Positions 17,645-25,533 of a stretch of DNA of 25,533 nucleotides are shown here, one piece after another. The DNA is from an uncultured Rhodobacterales bacterium (GTDB taxonomy: Bacteria; Pseudomonadota; Alphaproteobacteria; Rhodobacterales; Rhodobacteraceae). The DNA lies in assembly GCA_964609255.1 (NCBI GenBank), contig CAZSSS010000001.1, forward strand, positions 1 to 25,533, given 5' to 3'. The notes under the pieces were generated by a model. It did not search any database and was not told the DNA's origin. It saw only the letters and a program-made list of their open reading frames with translations. Numbering within the stretch: position 1 is the first letter of the stretch; the number at the start of each line of letters is the position of its first letter. Made by a program: the position numbers and the translations under genes.

Positions 17645-18831
17645 TTGTCCCCGCGCCCCAGCCATTCATCCAATACCTCGTTTGTATTGGCCCCGCAAAG
17701 CGGCGGTGGATTACGGTATGTTACTGGCGACGCTGAAAATTTAACCGGATTACCGATAAGATCAACGGAGCCACCCAGATGCGCCATAGAAATTTTCATG
17801 TGCCGCGCCGCGACCTGATCGCTGTTGAAAACCTCAGCCAGATTGTTGATTGGCCCACAAGGCACCAAGCCTGCACTTAACCGAGATTCAAGATCAGCCT
17901 TTGCAAATGCTTTAATCACCGGAACCAGCAATTTTATCAGCGCATCGCGGTTGATAATGCGCTGCGGGTTTGTTGAATACAGGGCATCATTGGCCAGCGC
18001 GGATTGCCCGATAATATCACAAAACCGCTGGAATTGTTCATCATTTCCAACTGCTATCAAGATATGCCCGTCGCTGGTTTCAAAGGCTTGGTAAGGCACG
18101 ATATTTGGGTGCTGATTGCCGCGTCGCTGTGGAATGTCGCCTGATAACAGGTAATTCGTGCCTTCATTTACCAACCATGCAACCTGACAATCGACCAGTG
18201 CAATATCAATATGCTGCCCTTCTCCGGTTTGGTCGCGGTGCCGCAGGGCTGCCAGAATTGCGGTGGTGGCATACATGCCGCACATCACATCAGCAATGCC
18301 TACGCCAACTTTCATCGGTTCACCATTTGGCGCGCCGGTCAGGCTCATGATGCCGCCATACCCTTGCGCCATCAGATCATAGCCCGGCAAATGCGCGTTG
18401 GGGCCAGTTTGGCCGTATCCCGTAATGGAGCAATAAATCAGCCGGCTATTTATTTTCTTAAGGCTGGCATAATCCAGCCCATATTTTTTCAACCCGTTCA
18501 GCTTGAAATTCTCGATGAAAATATCGCTGACTTTTGCAAGATCCCGAATGGTTTTTGCGCCAGCTTTGGTGGTTATATCCACCCCGACCGAGCGCTTGTT
18601 GCGGTTTGACGACAGGTAATAAGCGCTTTCACTGGTTGGGCTGCCATCCGTTGCCGGAACATAGGGCGGCCCCCATTTTCGGGTATCATCCCCCATGCCG
18701 GGCCGCTCTATTTTTGCAATATCAGCGCCATAATCGCCCAGTAATTGCGTGCAGGTCGGCCCCGCCAAAATCCGCGAAAGGTCAAGCACCTTAAGCCCAT
18801 GCAGGGGACCATTTTTTGATTGATGCGCCAA
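17641..18831 (-). CDS. CaiB/BaiF family-III CoA-transferase (SUGCT/Act-like; probable succinyl-CoA:dicarboxylate-analogue transferase)
   Basis: VLDLSRILAGP, GDDTRKWGPP, YYLSSNRNKRS, YCSITGYGQTGP, GVGIAD (catalytic Asp) and HPNIVPYQAF motifs. TTG start. Confidence 0.88.
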   Translation of the reverse strand: MAHQSKNGPLHGLKVLDLSRILAGPTCTQLLGDYGADIAKIERPGMGDDTRKWGPPYVPATDGSPTSESAYYLSSNRNKRSVGVDITTKAGAKTIRDLAKVSDIFIENFKLNGLKKYGLDYASLKKINSRLIYCSITGYGQTGPNAHLPGYDLMAQGYGGIMSLTGAPNGEPMKVGVGIADVMCGMYATTAILAALRHRDQTGEGQHIDIALVDCQVAWLVNEGTNYLLSGDIPQRRGNQHPNIVPYQAFETSDGHILIAVGNDEQFQRFCDIIGQSALANDALYSTNPQRIINRDALIKLLVPVIKAFAKADLESRLSAGLVPCGPINNLAEVFNSDQVAARHMKISMAHLGGSVDLIGNPVKFSASPVTYRNPPPLCGANTNEVLDEWLGRGDK

Positions 18832-18868
18832 ATCGGTATTTTCCAGAGTCGTTACTCCGACAGATTAC

Positions 18869-18881
18869 TTAAATTTGTTAA
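18869..18881. promoter_or_regulatory. Candidate LysR recognition box (T-N11-A with dyad)
   Basis: TTAA-ATTTG-TTAA in the 116-bp divergent CoA-transferase/lysR intergenic region. Confidence 0.45.
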
Positions 18882-18947
18882 ATATAAAAGTTACTTTTTG
18901 TCGAAAATTGGCTGGTTAGTTTACCAAAACTAAACTAAACACCCTTA

Positions 18948-19826
18948 ATGAATTTACAGCAAATCAAAACGCTTGTCGCCATCATGGAGGAAGGCAGTTT
19001 TTCAGCCGCTGCTGAGCGGTTAGGGCTAAGCCATCCGGCAATTTCCCTACAAATCCGGCATCTTGAGCAGGAGTTTAACCGACCAATATTTGATCGATCT
19101 ACCCGGCCGCCGACCTTTACCGAAACAGGGTTGCGCGCCGCAGAAGCCGCACGACAATCGCTGGAAACTATTGCAAACATTACGTTAATTGGTTCGGGTA
19201 AACATCACACAGATACGTTGACCGTTGGGGCGGTGCCCACCGTTTTACAAGACAGCCTGCCTGTGATTTTGCGGAAAATTCAACTAAAACAACCCAACTT
19301 GCAGGTTAAAGTGCGGTCCGGCTTGTCCAGTGATTTAACTTCGCAAGTTTTAAACAGGGAAATCGATGTGGCGTTGGTCACTGGCCCTATTGCGCAATTT
19401 CCTGAATTGGACATTGTGCCGCTGGCCAAGGAACCGCTTTTTGTTATTGCTAACAAAGACATGCAGGGTTTGTCGGAAATTGACCTGTTACAAAGCCAGA
19501 CATTTATCGCATTTTCCTATAAAACCCTGTTGGGGCAGCAAATTTCGCAACAACTTCGAAAACGCAATATTTTTGTCAAAGAAAGCATGGAGGTCGATTC
19601 CGTTGCCGCGATCGAAAGTTTTGTGCGCGAAGGTTTTGGCGTCTCCATTGTTCCGCAACGGTATCTGGCCCCTGAGTTGTCAGATTATCTGACCCTTGTG
19701 CCGTTTTGTGAACCACAAGATTATCGCCAGCTTGTTGCGGTGTCCCTTAAGGACAGGTATCTGACAAACGGTATTCCGATTATTCATCGCGTAATTTCCG
19801 ACCTTAGAAAAGCATCGCGGCGCTAG
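18948..19826 (+). CDS. LysR-family transcriptional regulator
   Basis: N-terminal HTH MNLQQIKTLVAIMEEGSFSAAAERLGLSHPAISLQIRHLE, FDRSTR, 292 aa, divergent from the CoA-transferase operon. Confidence 0.95.
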   Translation: MNLQQIKTLVAIMEEGSFSAAAERLGLSHPAISLQIRHLEQEFNRPIFDRSTRPPTFTETGLRAAEAARQSLETIANITLIGSGKHHTDTLTVGAVPTVLQDSLPVILRKIQLKQPNLQVKVRSGLSSDLTSQVLNREIDVALVTGPIAQFPELDIVPLAKEPLFVIANKDMQGLSEIDLLQSQTFIAFSYKTLLGQQISQQLRKRNIFVKESMEVDSVAAIESFVREGFGVSIVPQRYLAPELSDYLTLVPFCEPQDYRQLVAVSLKDRYLTNGIPIIHRVISDLRKASRR

Positions 19827-19837
19827 GCTGTTGGCTG

Positions 19838-20206
19838 TTATTTTTCCGGTCGTGACCAGATAAATATTGCTGCGCCAAGCAGGCAAACCGCTTGAATCGC
19901 CAAAAATACTAGGGGGACCGTCAGGGTAACAGCCAGCCCAAGCGACGCCAGCATTGACACACTAGCATAAAATTTAACCCGGCGGCTGATGGCGCCGTTC
20001 TTTTCCCAATCCAGAATGGGAGGGCCGAAATATTGATGACTTATCAGCCAGTTATGCGTTTTGTCCGAAGATTTCCCAAATCCAATTGCTGCCAAAAGCA
20101 AAAACGGAACAGTTGGCAATATCGGTAGAAATATTCCGACTATGCCTAGCCCCAGTGCAAAAATACCAAGTAAAAACCAGAATATCCGTAAAATATCCTT
20201 GGTCAT
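19838..20206 (-). CDS. ybaN: YbaN/DUF454 inner-membrane protein
   Basis: LGIVGIFLPILPTVPFLLLAA, HQYFGPPILDW and GAISRRVK motifs. ATGA overlap with hemW. Confidence 0.88.
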   Translation of the reverse strand: MTKDILRIFWFLLGIFALGLGIVGIFLPILPTVPFLLLAAIGFGKSSDKTHNWLISHQYFGPPILDWEKNGAISRRVKFYASVSMLASLGLAVTLTVPLVFLAIQAVCLLGAAIFIWSRPEK

Positions 20207-21357
20207 AACAGCTCCCTCAGGATGCCGTTAAGCAATGGTTTACCTTTGGCGGTGCTGCGTAAATTTCCGCGGTAATTCTCGATTAACCCGTCGCTGGTCA
20301 AATCGTTAATAACGCTGGTTTTCAGTTTGGTTTTTGCCAATGATTCATATCGCGCAAGGTCCGCGCCTTCATTCAGACGCATCGACATCATCAGATATTC
20401 AATCGCTTGGTCAGTAGTGCTAAGCCGTTCAAATTCTGCCCGGCCAAGCCCGGTTTTTTTTACCTCATCCAGCCATTTTTCCGGCGATAAATGGGTGCTG
20501 CTGGCGAATCTCTGGCCATTTATGGTCAGGCGGCCATGGGCGCCCGGCCCGATGCCGGCGTAATCACCGTAACGCCAATAATTCAGATTGTGCAGACATT
20601 CTTTGCCATTTTTGCAGTGGTTTGAGGTCTCATACCCCGCCATTCCCGCCGCGCCGCAGATATCCTGAGTGGCAAAATACATGTCGGTCGCAATCGCTTC
20701 GTCGGGCAGGTTACGCAGTTTTCCGCGATTATAAAGATCACCAAAACGGGTGCCGTTTTCGATGGTTAATTGATATAATGACAGGTGGTCAACGGCCATA
20801 TCAATGGCCTTTTTCAGCTCATTGCACCAGTTTTCCAATGTTTGATTTTGCCGCGCGTAAATCAGATCAAAACTAACGTTTGAGAAATATTTCTTAGCAA
20901 TATCAAATGCTTTTATCGCATCCTCAGCAGAGTGCATGCGCCCCAGCGCCTTTAGATCCGTGTCATTCAGCGCCTGAATGCCCATCGATAAACGGTTTAT
21001 TCCCGCATCAGAAAACGCCGCAAACCGCCCGGCCTCAACCGATGTCGGGTTGGCTTCCATGGAAATTTCTGCGCCGGGGTTCAGGCCCCAAACTTTGTTA
21101 ATCTCGGCAATTATGATGGTGATGGTTTCGGGGGGCATCAGGCTCGGGGTGCCGCCGCCAAAGAAAACCGTATTAACATCGCGTGGGCCGGTGATTTTCG
21201 CGGTTTCGCGAATTTCGCTCACTAATGCATCGCGCCAAGCGGTTTGATCAATGTCAGCCCGAACATGGCTGTTAAAGTCGCAATAGGGGCATTTTGCCAA
21301 GCAAAACGGCCAGTGGATATAGACGCCAAATCCGGAATTTTGCCAGTCGTTGATCAT
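20203..21357 (-). CDS. hemW: Radical-SAM heme chaperone HemW (HemN-like)
   Basis: YIHWPFCLAKCPYCDFNSH, FGGGTPS, EANPTS, HLSLYQLTIE, HNLNYW and GIGPGAHG motifs. 384 aa, next to rdgB. Confidence 0.93.
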   Translation of the reverse strand: MINDWQNSGFGVYIHWPFCLAKCPYCDFNSHVRADIDQTAWRDALVSEIRETAKITGPRDVNTVFFGGGTPSLMPPETITIIIAEINKVWGLNPGAEISMEANPTSVEAGRFAAFSDAGINRLSMGIQALNDTDLKALGRMHSAEDAIKAFDIAKKYFSNVSFDLIYARQNQTLENWCNELKKAIDMAVDHLSLYQLTIENGTRFGDLYNRGKLRNLPDEAIATDMYFATQDICGAAGMAGYETSNHCKNGKECLHNLNYWRYGDYAGIGPGAHGRLTINGQRFASSTHLSPEKWLDEVKKTGLGRAEFERLSTTDQAIEYLMMSMRLNEGADLARYESLAKTKLKTSVINDLTSDGLIENYRGNLRSTAKGKPLLNGILRELL

Positions 21358-21740
21358 CCTTGAAACGCTGTGACCTCTATTTCGATTAACATTTCCGGTT
21401 TGATCAGCCCTGCGATGATCATGGTTGCTGCGGGGCGAATATCGCCAAGATATTTGCTGAAAACAGGCGACAGGCTGTCAACCAGATCGGAGCGAATAAC
21501 CGTATACTGAACCCGCGCGATGTCGGCCATTTCGAATTTGGCTTCGGCCAGCACTTTTGCGATGGTTTCAAAACAATTGCTGGCCTGCTCAACGATCAGC
21601 TCGGGCATTTCCATTGTGGTATAATTATACCCCGTAACGCCGGATACAAAACACCAATCGCCCTGCACCACAGCGCGGCTATATCCCATGGTTTTTTCAA
21701 ACGGAGATCCGGTGCTAATAAGTGTGCGTTCAGATTTCAT
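21354..21740 (-). CDS. RidA/YjgF/UK114-family protein
   Basis: GSPFEKTMGYSRAV, FVSGVTG, IRPAATM and EIEVTA motifs. Start set at ATG 21740 (ATGA overlap with the rdgB stop). Confidence 0.88.
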   Translation of the reverse strand: MKSERTLISTGSPFEKTMGYSRAVVQGDWCFVSGVTGYNYTTMEMPELIVEQASNCFETIAKVLAEAKFEMADIARVQYTVIRSDLVDSLSPVFSKYLGDIRPAATMIIAGLIKPEMLIEIEVTAFQG

Positions 21741-22348
21741 GTTGAAAAACATCCCCTTACGAGTTTTCGAAACGCGTCAGCGCGGTGGCTTATTTCGTTT
21801 TTCTCCCAGCGGTCCATCTCACCGAATGTGATGTCAAAACCGTTTGGCTGGAAAATCGGGTCATAACCATGGCCCTCCTCTCCCTTCATTGGCCAGACAA
21901 TTTGCCCGTCGATTTTGCCTTCAAAAACCTCGTCATGGCCATCAGGCCACGCCAAAACCAAGGTGCTGCAAAATCGGGCGATGCGCGGAAACGGTGCGTT
22001 AACTTCTTCTAGTTTGGCCCAGGTTTTGGTCATCGCCATAACAAAATCACGGCCATTCGGGGTTTCGGCCCAGTCGGCTGTGTAAACGCCCGGCGCGCCG
22101 CCTAAACCGTCGATCTCAATGCCGCTGTCATCCGCCAGCGCGGGCATGCCAGATTTTTTAGCAGCATAATGCGCCTTTATCCGGGCATTTCCGATAAAGT
22201 TATCTTCGGTCTCAACGGGTTCGTCAAAACCCAATTTGCCCGCAGAAACGGTCGAAATCCCGAAAGGTTGCATAAGCCGCGCAATTTCCTCCAACTTTCC
22301 TTGGTTATGGGTGGCTACAACCAGCTTTTCGGATTCAAACTTACGCAT
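21737..22348 (-). CDS. rdgB: dITP/XTP pyrophosphatase (HAM1 family)
   Basis: [32 protein letters not shown] and SHRADAF motifs. Confidence 0.95.
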   Translation of the reverse strand: MRKFESEKLVVATHNQGKLEEIARLMQPFGISTVSAGKLGFDEPVETEDNFIGNARIKAHYAAKKSGMPALADDSGIEIDGLGGAPGVYTADWAETPNGRDFVMAMTKTWAKLEEVNAPFPRIARFCSTLVLAWPDGHDEVFEGKIDGQIVWPMKGEEGHGYDPIFQPNGFDITFGEMDRWEKNEISHRADAFRKLVRGCFST

Positions 22349-23057
22349 TTACCGCTGCTTTTTGCGTCAAAACCAGCTCTGCCACGCCTTTTTCGGCCAA
22401 ATCCATTAGTTGGTCAAATTCTGCGCGGCTAAATGTTGCGCCCTCAGCAGAGCCTTGGATTTCGATCAATCCCTTATTGTCCGTCATTACAAAATTCGCA
22501 TCCGTGCCCGCGTCGCTGTCCTCAGGATAGTCCAGATCAAGCACCGGAACGCCGCCGTAAATTCCGCACGAAACCGCCGCAACATGGCTGGTTAGTGGAT
22601 CATCCTTAATATCGCCTGCTTTCAGCAATGCATTTACCGCCAGCCGTAACGCCACCCAACCACCAGTGATTGAGGCGCAGCGCGTGCCACCGTCAGCCTG
22701 AATAACGTCACAATCCACCGTGATCTGACGCTCCCCCAATGCTACGCGGTCAACACCAGCCCGCAAGCTGCGCCCGATAAGCCGTTGAATTTCTTGTGTT
22801 CTTCCAGATTGTTTACCCGCCGTCGCCTCACGCCGCATGCGTGATCCGGTGGAGCGTGGCAGCATGCCATATTCCGCCGTGACCCAGCCCAAACCAGAGT
22901 TGCGCAACCAAGGCGGCACGCGCGTTTCCAATGACGCGGTGCATAAAACATGGGTATCACCGCATTTTATCAGGCATGATCCTTCGGCATGTTTGGTGAC
23001 GTTTGTTTCGATCACAATATCGCGCATTGTGTCGTTGGTTCTACCGGATGGGCGCAT
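22341..23057 (-). CDS. rph: Ribonuclease PH
   Basis: [39 protein letters not shown] and [13 protein letters not shown] motifs. Start trimmed to ATG 23057 (AGGAG RBS). Confidence 0.97.
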   Translation of the reverse strand: MRPSGRTNDTMRDIVIETNVTKHAEGSCLIKCGDTHVLCTASLETRVPPWLRNSGLGWVTAEYGMLPRSTGSRMRREATAGKQSGRTQEIQRLIGRSLRAGVDRVALGERQITVDCDVIQADGGTRCASITGGWVALRLAVNALLKAGDIKDDPLTSHVAAVSCGIYGGVPVLDLDYPEDSDAGTDANFVMTDNKGLIEIQGSAEGATFSRAEFDQLMDLAEKGVAELVLTQKAAVNA

Positions 23058-23125
23058 GGGTATTCTCCTGATTTTGTTGAATATGCTCATACAGCGGCAC
23101 AACCAAGAGGTCCAGCATCCTTGCA

Positions 23126-23154
23126 TTGACGCTGCCCCTTAGAATGCTTAAATT
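23126..23154 (+). promoter_or_regulatory. Candidate sigma70 promoter for hrcA
   Basis: TTGACG (23126-23131), 17-nt spacer, TAAATT (23149-23154), ending 9 nt before the hrcA ATG. Confidence 0.55.
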
Positions 23155-23163
23155 CTTGCTGAT

Positions 23164-24219
23164 ATGACCAGTAAATCACCAATTTCGGACCTGAATGCGC
23201 GCTCCCGTGAGGTTTTTCGCCTGATCGTTGAGTCCTATTTAAAAACCGGAGAGCCGGTCGGCTCCCGCACGCTTTCGCGTGATATGGTTGAAAAAGTATC
23301 CGCAGCGACCATTCGAAATACTATGCAAGATCTTGAGCATCTCGGGTTGCTTGATAGCCCGCACACCTCTGCGGGGCGGTTGCCAACCCATCAGGGTCTG
23401 CGGCTTTTTGTTGATGGAATTCTTGAAATTGGCGATGTTTCAGGGCCAGAGCGGCAGGAAATTGAGAAATCGATCGATTCTACCGAAAATGACATGCAGT
23501 CGGTGCTGGATAACGCAGGTGCAATGCTGTCGGGGTTGACGCAAGGCGCAAGCCTGGTTTTGGCGCCCAAATCTGAGGCGCCTATCAAGCATCTGGAATT
23601 TGTATCCCTCGCGCCTGATCGCGCTTTGGTGGTGCTTGTCACTGCTGACGGCAATGTTGAAAACCGTCTTTTCACGCCGCCCGCTGGCTTGACCCCATCA
23701 GCCATGCGCGAGGCTGCGAATTTTCTGAATGCCATTCTGAACGGCCATACCGTTTCTGAAATTCGCACAATTGTTTCACGTGAAATACAGAAACATCGCT
23801 CGGAGCTGGATATCCTGTCTCAAAACCTCATCGAATCAGGGGTGGCGATTTGGGCGGATGCCCATCAGGAACGCCTGATCGTGCGTGGTCGCAGTAATTT
23901 ACTGGATGATTCCGCCACCGAGGCTGACCTTGAGCGCATTCGCCAACTGTTTGATGACCTAGAGCGCAAGCGTGATTTGGAACATTTATTGAACCTAACC
24001 GAGGCTGGCGACGGTGTGCGCGTTTTTATTGGTGCCGAGAACAAATTATTCTCACTTTCGGGTAGCAGTCTGGTGGTTTCTCCCTATATGAACGCTGAAC
24101 GGAAAATTGTTGGGGCGGTGGGTGTCATCGGGCCGACGCATTTGAATTACGCGCGAATTGTGCCAATTGTGGATTACACCGCGCAACTGATGGGAAGGCT
24201 GGTTTCAAACCAGTTGTAA
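23164..24219 (+). CDS. hrcA: Heat-inducible transcription repressor HrcA
   Basis: YLKTGEPVGSRTL, SAATIRNTMQDLE, PHTSAGRLPT, VFIGAEN and GVIGPTHLNY motifs. Confidence 0.97.
   Translation: MTSKSPISDLNARSREVFRLIVESYLKTGEPVGSRTLSRDMVEKVSAATIRNTMQDLEHLGLLDSPHTSAGRLPTHQGLRLFVDGILEIGDVSGPERQEIEKSIDSTENDMQSVLDNAGAMLSGLTQGASLVLAPKSEAPIKHLEFVSLAPDRALVVLVTADGNVENRLFTPPAGLTPSAMREAANFLNAILNGHTVSEIRTIVSREIQKHRSELDILSQNLIESGVAIWADAHQERLIVRGRSNLLDDSATEADLERIRQLFDDLERKRDLEHLLNLTEAGDGVRVFIGAENKLFSLSGSSLVVSPYMNAERKIVGAVGVIGPTHLNYARIVPIVDYTAQLMGRLVSNQL
23772..23787. promoter_or_regulatory. parS site 3 (one mismatch)
   Basis: TGTTTCACGTGAAATA inside hrcA, encoding IVSREI. Confidence 0.72.
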
Positions 24220-24228
24220 AGGAAAGAC

Positions 24229-24813
24229 ATGGCGCAGGAAGACGAAAACCCGTTTTTGGACAACCCCGAAACAATGGAAGAAGAGGAACTTGAAGCGCAG
24301 GAGCTGGCAGACCTCGCGCCAGCCTCGGTTGAGGATCTGGAGGCTGAAAATATTCAGCTCAAAGATCGGTTGATGCGTGCCATGGCCGAAACCGAAAATA
24401 TCCGCAAGCGTGGCGAACGTGACCGCCGTGAGGCAGAGCTTTATGGCGGCACCAAATTGGCGCGCGATTTGCTGTCAGTGCATGATAATCTGGGCCGCGC
24501 ATTGGAGAATCTGGATGATTTGTTGCGCGAAAATAATGCGTCGCTGGTCGAAGGGTTGGAGCTGACTCAACGTGAATTATTGTCCGTATTTGAAAAACAT
24601 AAAATCCTGAAGGTTGAACCTGAAATCGGGGCTAAATTTGATGCAAAACAGCATCAGGCGATGTTTGAAGCACCCGTGCCAAACACCAAAAAAGGCCACA
24701 TAATTCAGGTTATGGCCAATGGTTTTGTGATTGGTGACCGCCTTATTCGCCCTGCGCAGGTGGGCGTTTCGTCAAATACTGACCCTGTAAAGGCTGAAAA
24801 ACCCGAAGAATAG
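24229..24813 (+). CDS. grpE: Nucleotide exchange factor GrpE
   Basis: RAMAETENIRKR, DNLGRAL, FDAKQHQAM and GDRLIRPAQVGV motifs. AAAGGA RBS. Confidence 0.96.
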   Translation: MAQEDENPFLDNPETMEEEELEAQELADLAPASVEDLEAENIQLKDRLMRAMAETENIRKRGERDRREAELYGGTKLARDLLSVHDNLGRALENLDDLLRENNASLVEGLELTQRELLSVFEKHKILKVEPEIGAKFDAKQHQAMFEAPVPNTKKGHIIQVMANGFVIGDRLIRPAQVGVSSNTDPVKAEKPEE

Positions 24814-24815
24814 GA

Positions 24816-25533
24816 TTATTTCTCCAATATTTCGCGAAGCCTGTAAATTTCGGCTAAGGCCTCGCGAGGGCTAAGATCATCGGGGTGAACGGCTGCAAGC
24901 GCGGCCTCCACCTCGGATTGTTTTTGCTTTATTGGCATGGGGCTTGGGCTGGTATTAAACAGCGGTAAATCATCGATTAACACTTTGGCCTTGCCGCCGC
25001 CCTCACGCTCGCCTTGCTCCAATTTGTCCAAAATAACCCGCGCGCGGTCGGTTACCGAATGCGGTAATCCGGCCAGTTTGGCAACTTGAACCCCATAAGA
25101 CCGATCCGCGGCGCCCTCAACAACTTCGTGCAAGAATATCACATCGCCTTGATGTTCACGCACTTTCACAGTTGCATTTCGCAGCCCTTTCAGCTTTTTG
25201 GTAAGCACCGTAAGCTCATGATAATGCGTGGCAAAAATCGTTCGGCAACGGTTGATATTATGCAAATGTTCCAGCGTAGCCCAAGCGATGGACAAGCCGT
25301 CATAGGTTGCGGTGCCGCGGCCGATCTCATCCAAAATAACCAGTGCGCGGTCATTTGCGAGGTTCAAAATGGCTGCTGTCTCAATCATTTCCACCATAAA
25401 TGTTGATTGCCCGCGCGCCAGATCATCAGCCGCGCCAACCCGGCTGAAAAGCTGGGTAATCAGGCCGATATGGGCAGAGCCCGCCGGAACAAAAGCCCCC
25501 ATTTGGGCCAGCAGAGCAATGATCGCATTTTGC
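24816..25533 (-). CDS. mutS: DNA mismatch repair protein MutS (3' part; continues beyond the right edge)
   Basis: [59 protein letters not shown] and [16 protein letters not shown] motifs. Confidence 0.97.
   Translation of the reverse strand, partial: QNAIIALLAQMGAFVPAGSAHIGLITQLFSRVGAADDLARGQSTFMVEMIETAAILNLANDRALVILDEIGRGTATYDGLSIAWATLEHLHNINRCRTIFATHYHELTVLTKKLKGLRNATVKVREHQGDVIFLHEVVEGAADRSYGVQVAKLAGLPHSVTDRARVILDKLEQGEREGGGKAKVLIDDLPLFNTSPSPMPIKQKQSEVEAALAAVHPDDLSPREALAEIYRLREILEK

Noticed and set aside
10600-19850. Active genomic island or mobile element
   Set aside because: No integrase, transposase, tRNA target, att-like direct repeat or obvious GC shift by eye. Kept only as an accessory block.
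20203-21357. Calling the radical-SAM protein HemN (coproporphyrinogen dehydrogenase)
   Set aside because: The CPYCDFNS motif, 384-aa length and rdgB linkage indicate HemW.
23058-23163. CIRCE operator upstream of hrcA
   Set aside because: No TTAGCACTC-N9-GAGTGCTAA or close variant was found here or noticed elsewhere in the window.

Overview
Chromosomal replication-origin region of an alphaproteobacterium, most likely Rhodobacterales by gene order and protein style; GC is roughly 50% by eye. The core backbone runs coaE(partial)-aroE-maf on the minus strand, then a 305-bp oriC (DnaA boxes, DnaA-trio-like repeats, AT-rich tract), then hemE-hemJ-rho-mnmE-mnmG-rsmG-parA-parB on the plus strand. 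At the right end are ybaN-hemW-rid-rdgB-rph (minus), hrcA-grpE (plus) and the 3' end of mutS (minus). Three parS palindromes lie inside coding sequence (mnmG start, rsmG, hrcA). Between parB and ybaN is a ~9.2-kb accessory block: a LysR regulator divergent from a translationally coupled family-III CoA-transferase / 3-sulfinopropanoyl-CoA-desulfinase-like Acd / ThDP-dependent enzyme operon, followed by a TAXI-TRAP transporter and a universal stress protein. This block is the most interesting element and looks like an organosulfur (sulfinate) catabolic module with an unassigned ThDP enzyme. No rRNA, tRNA, CRISPR, integrase or transposase was seen. All family calls come from motif recognition and recall, not database searches.
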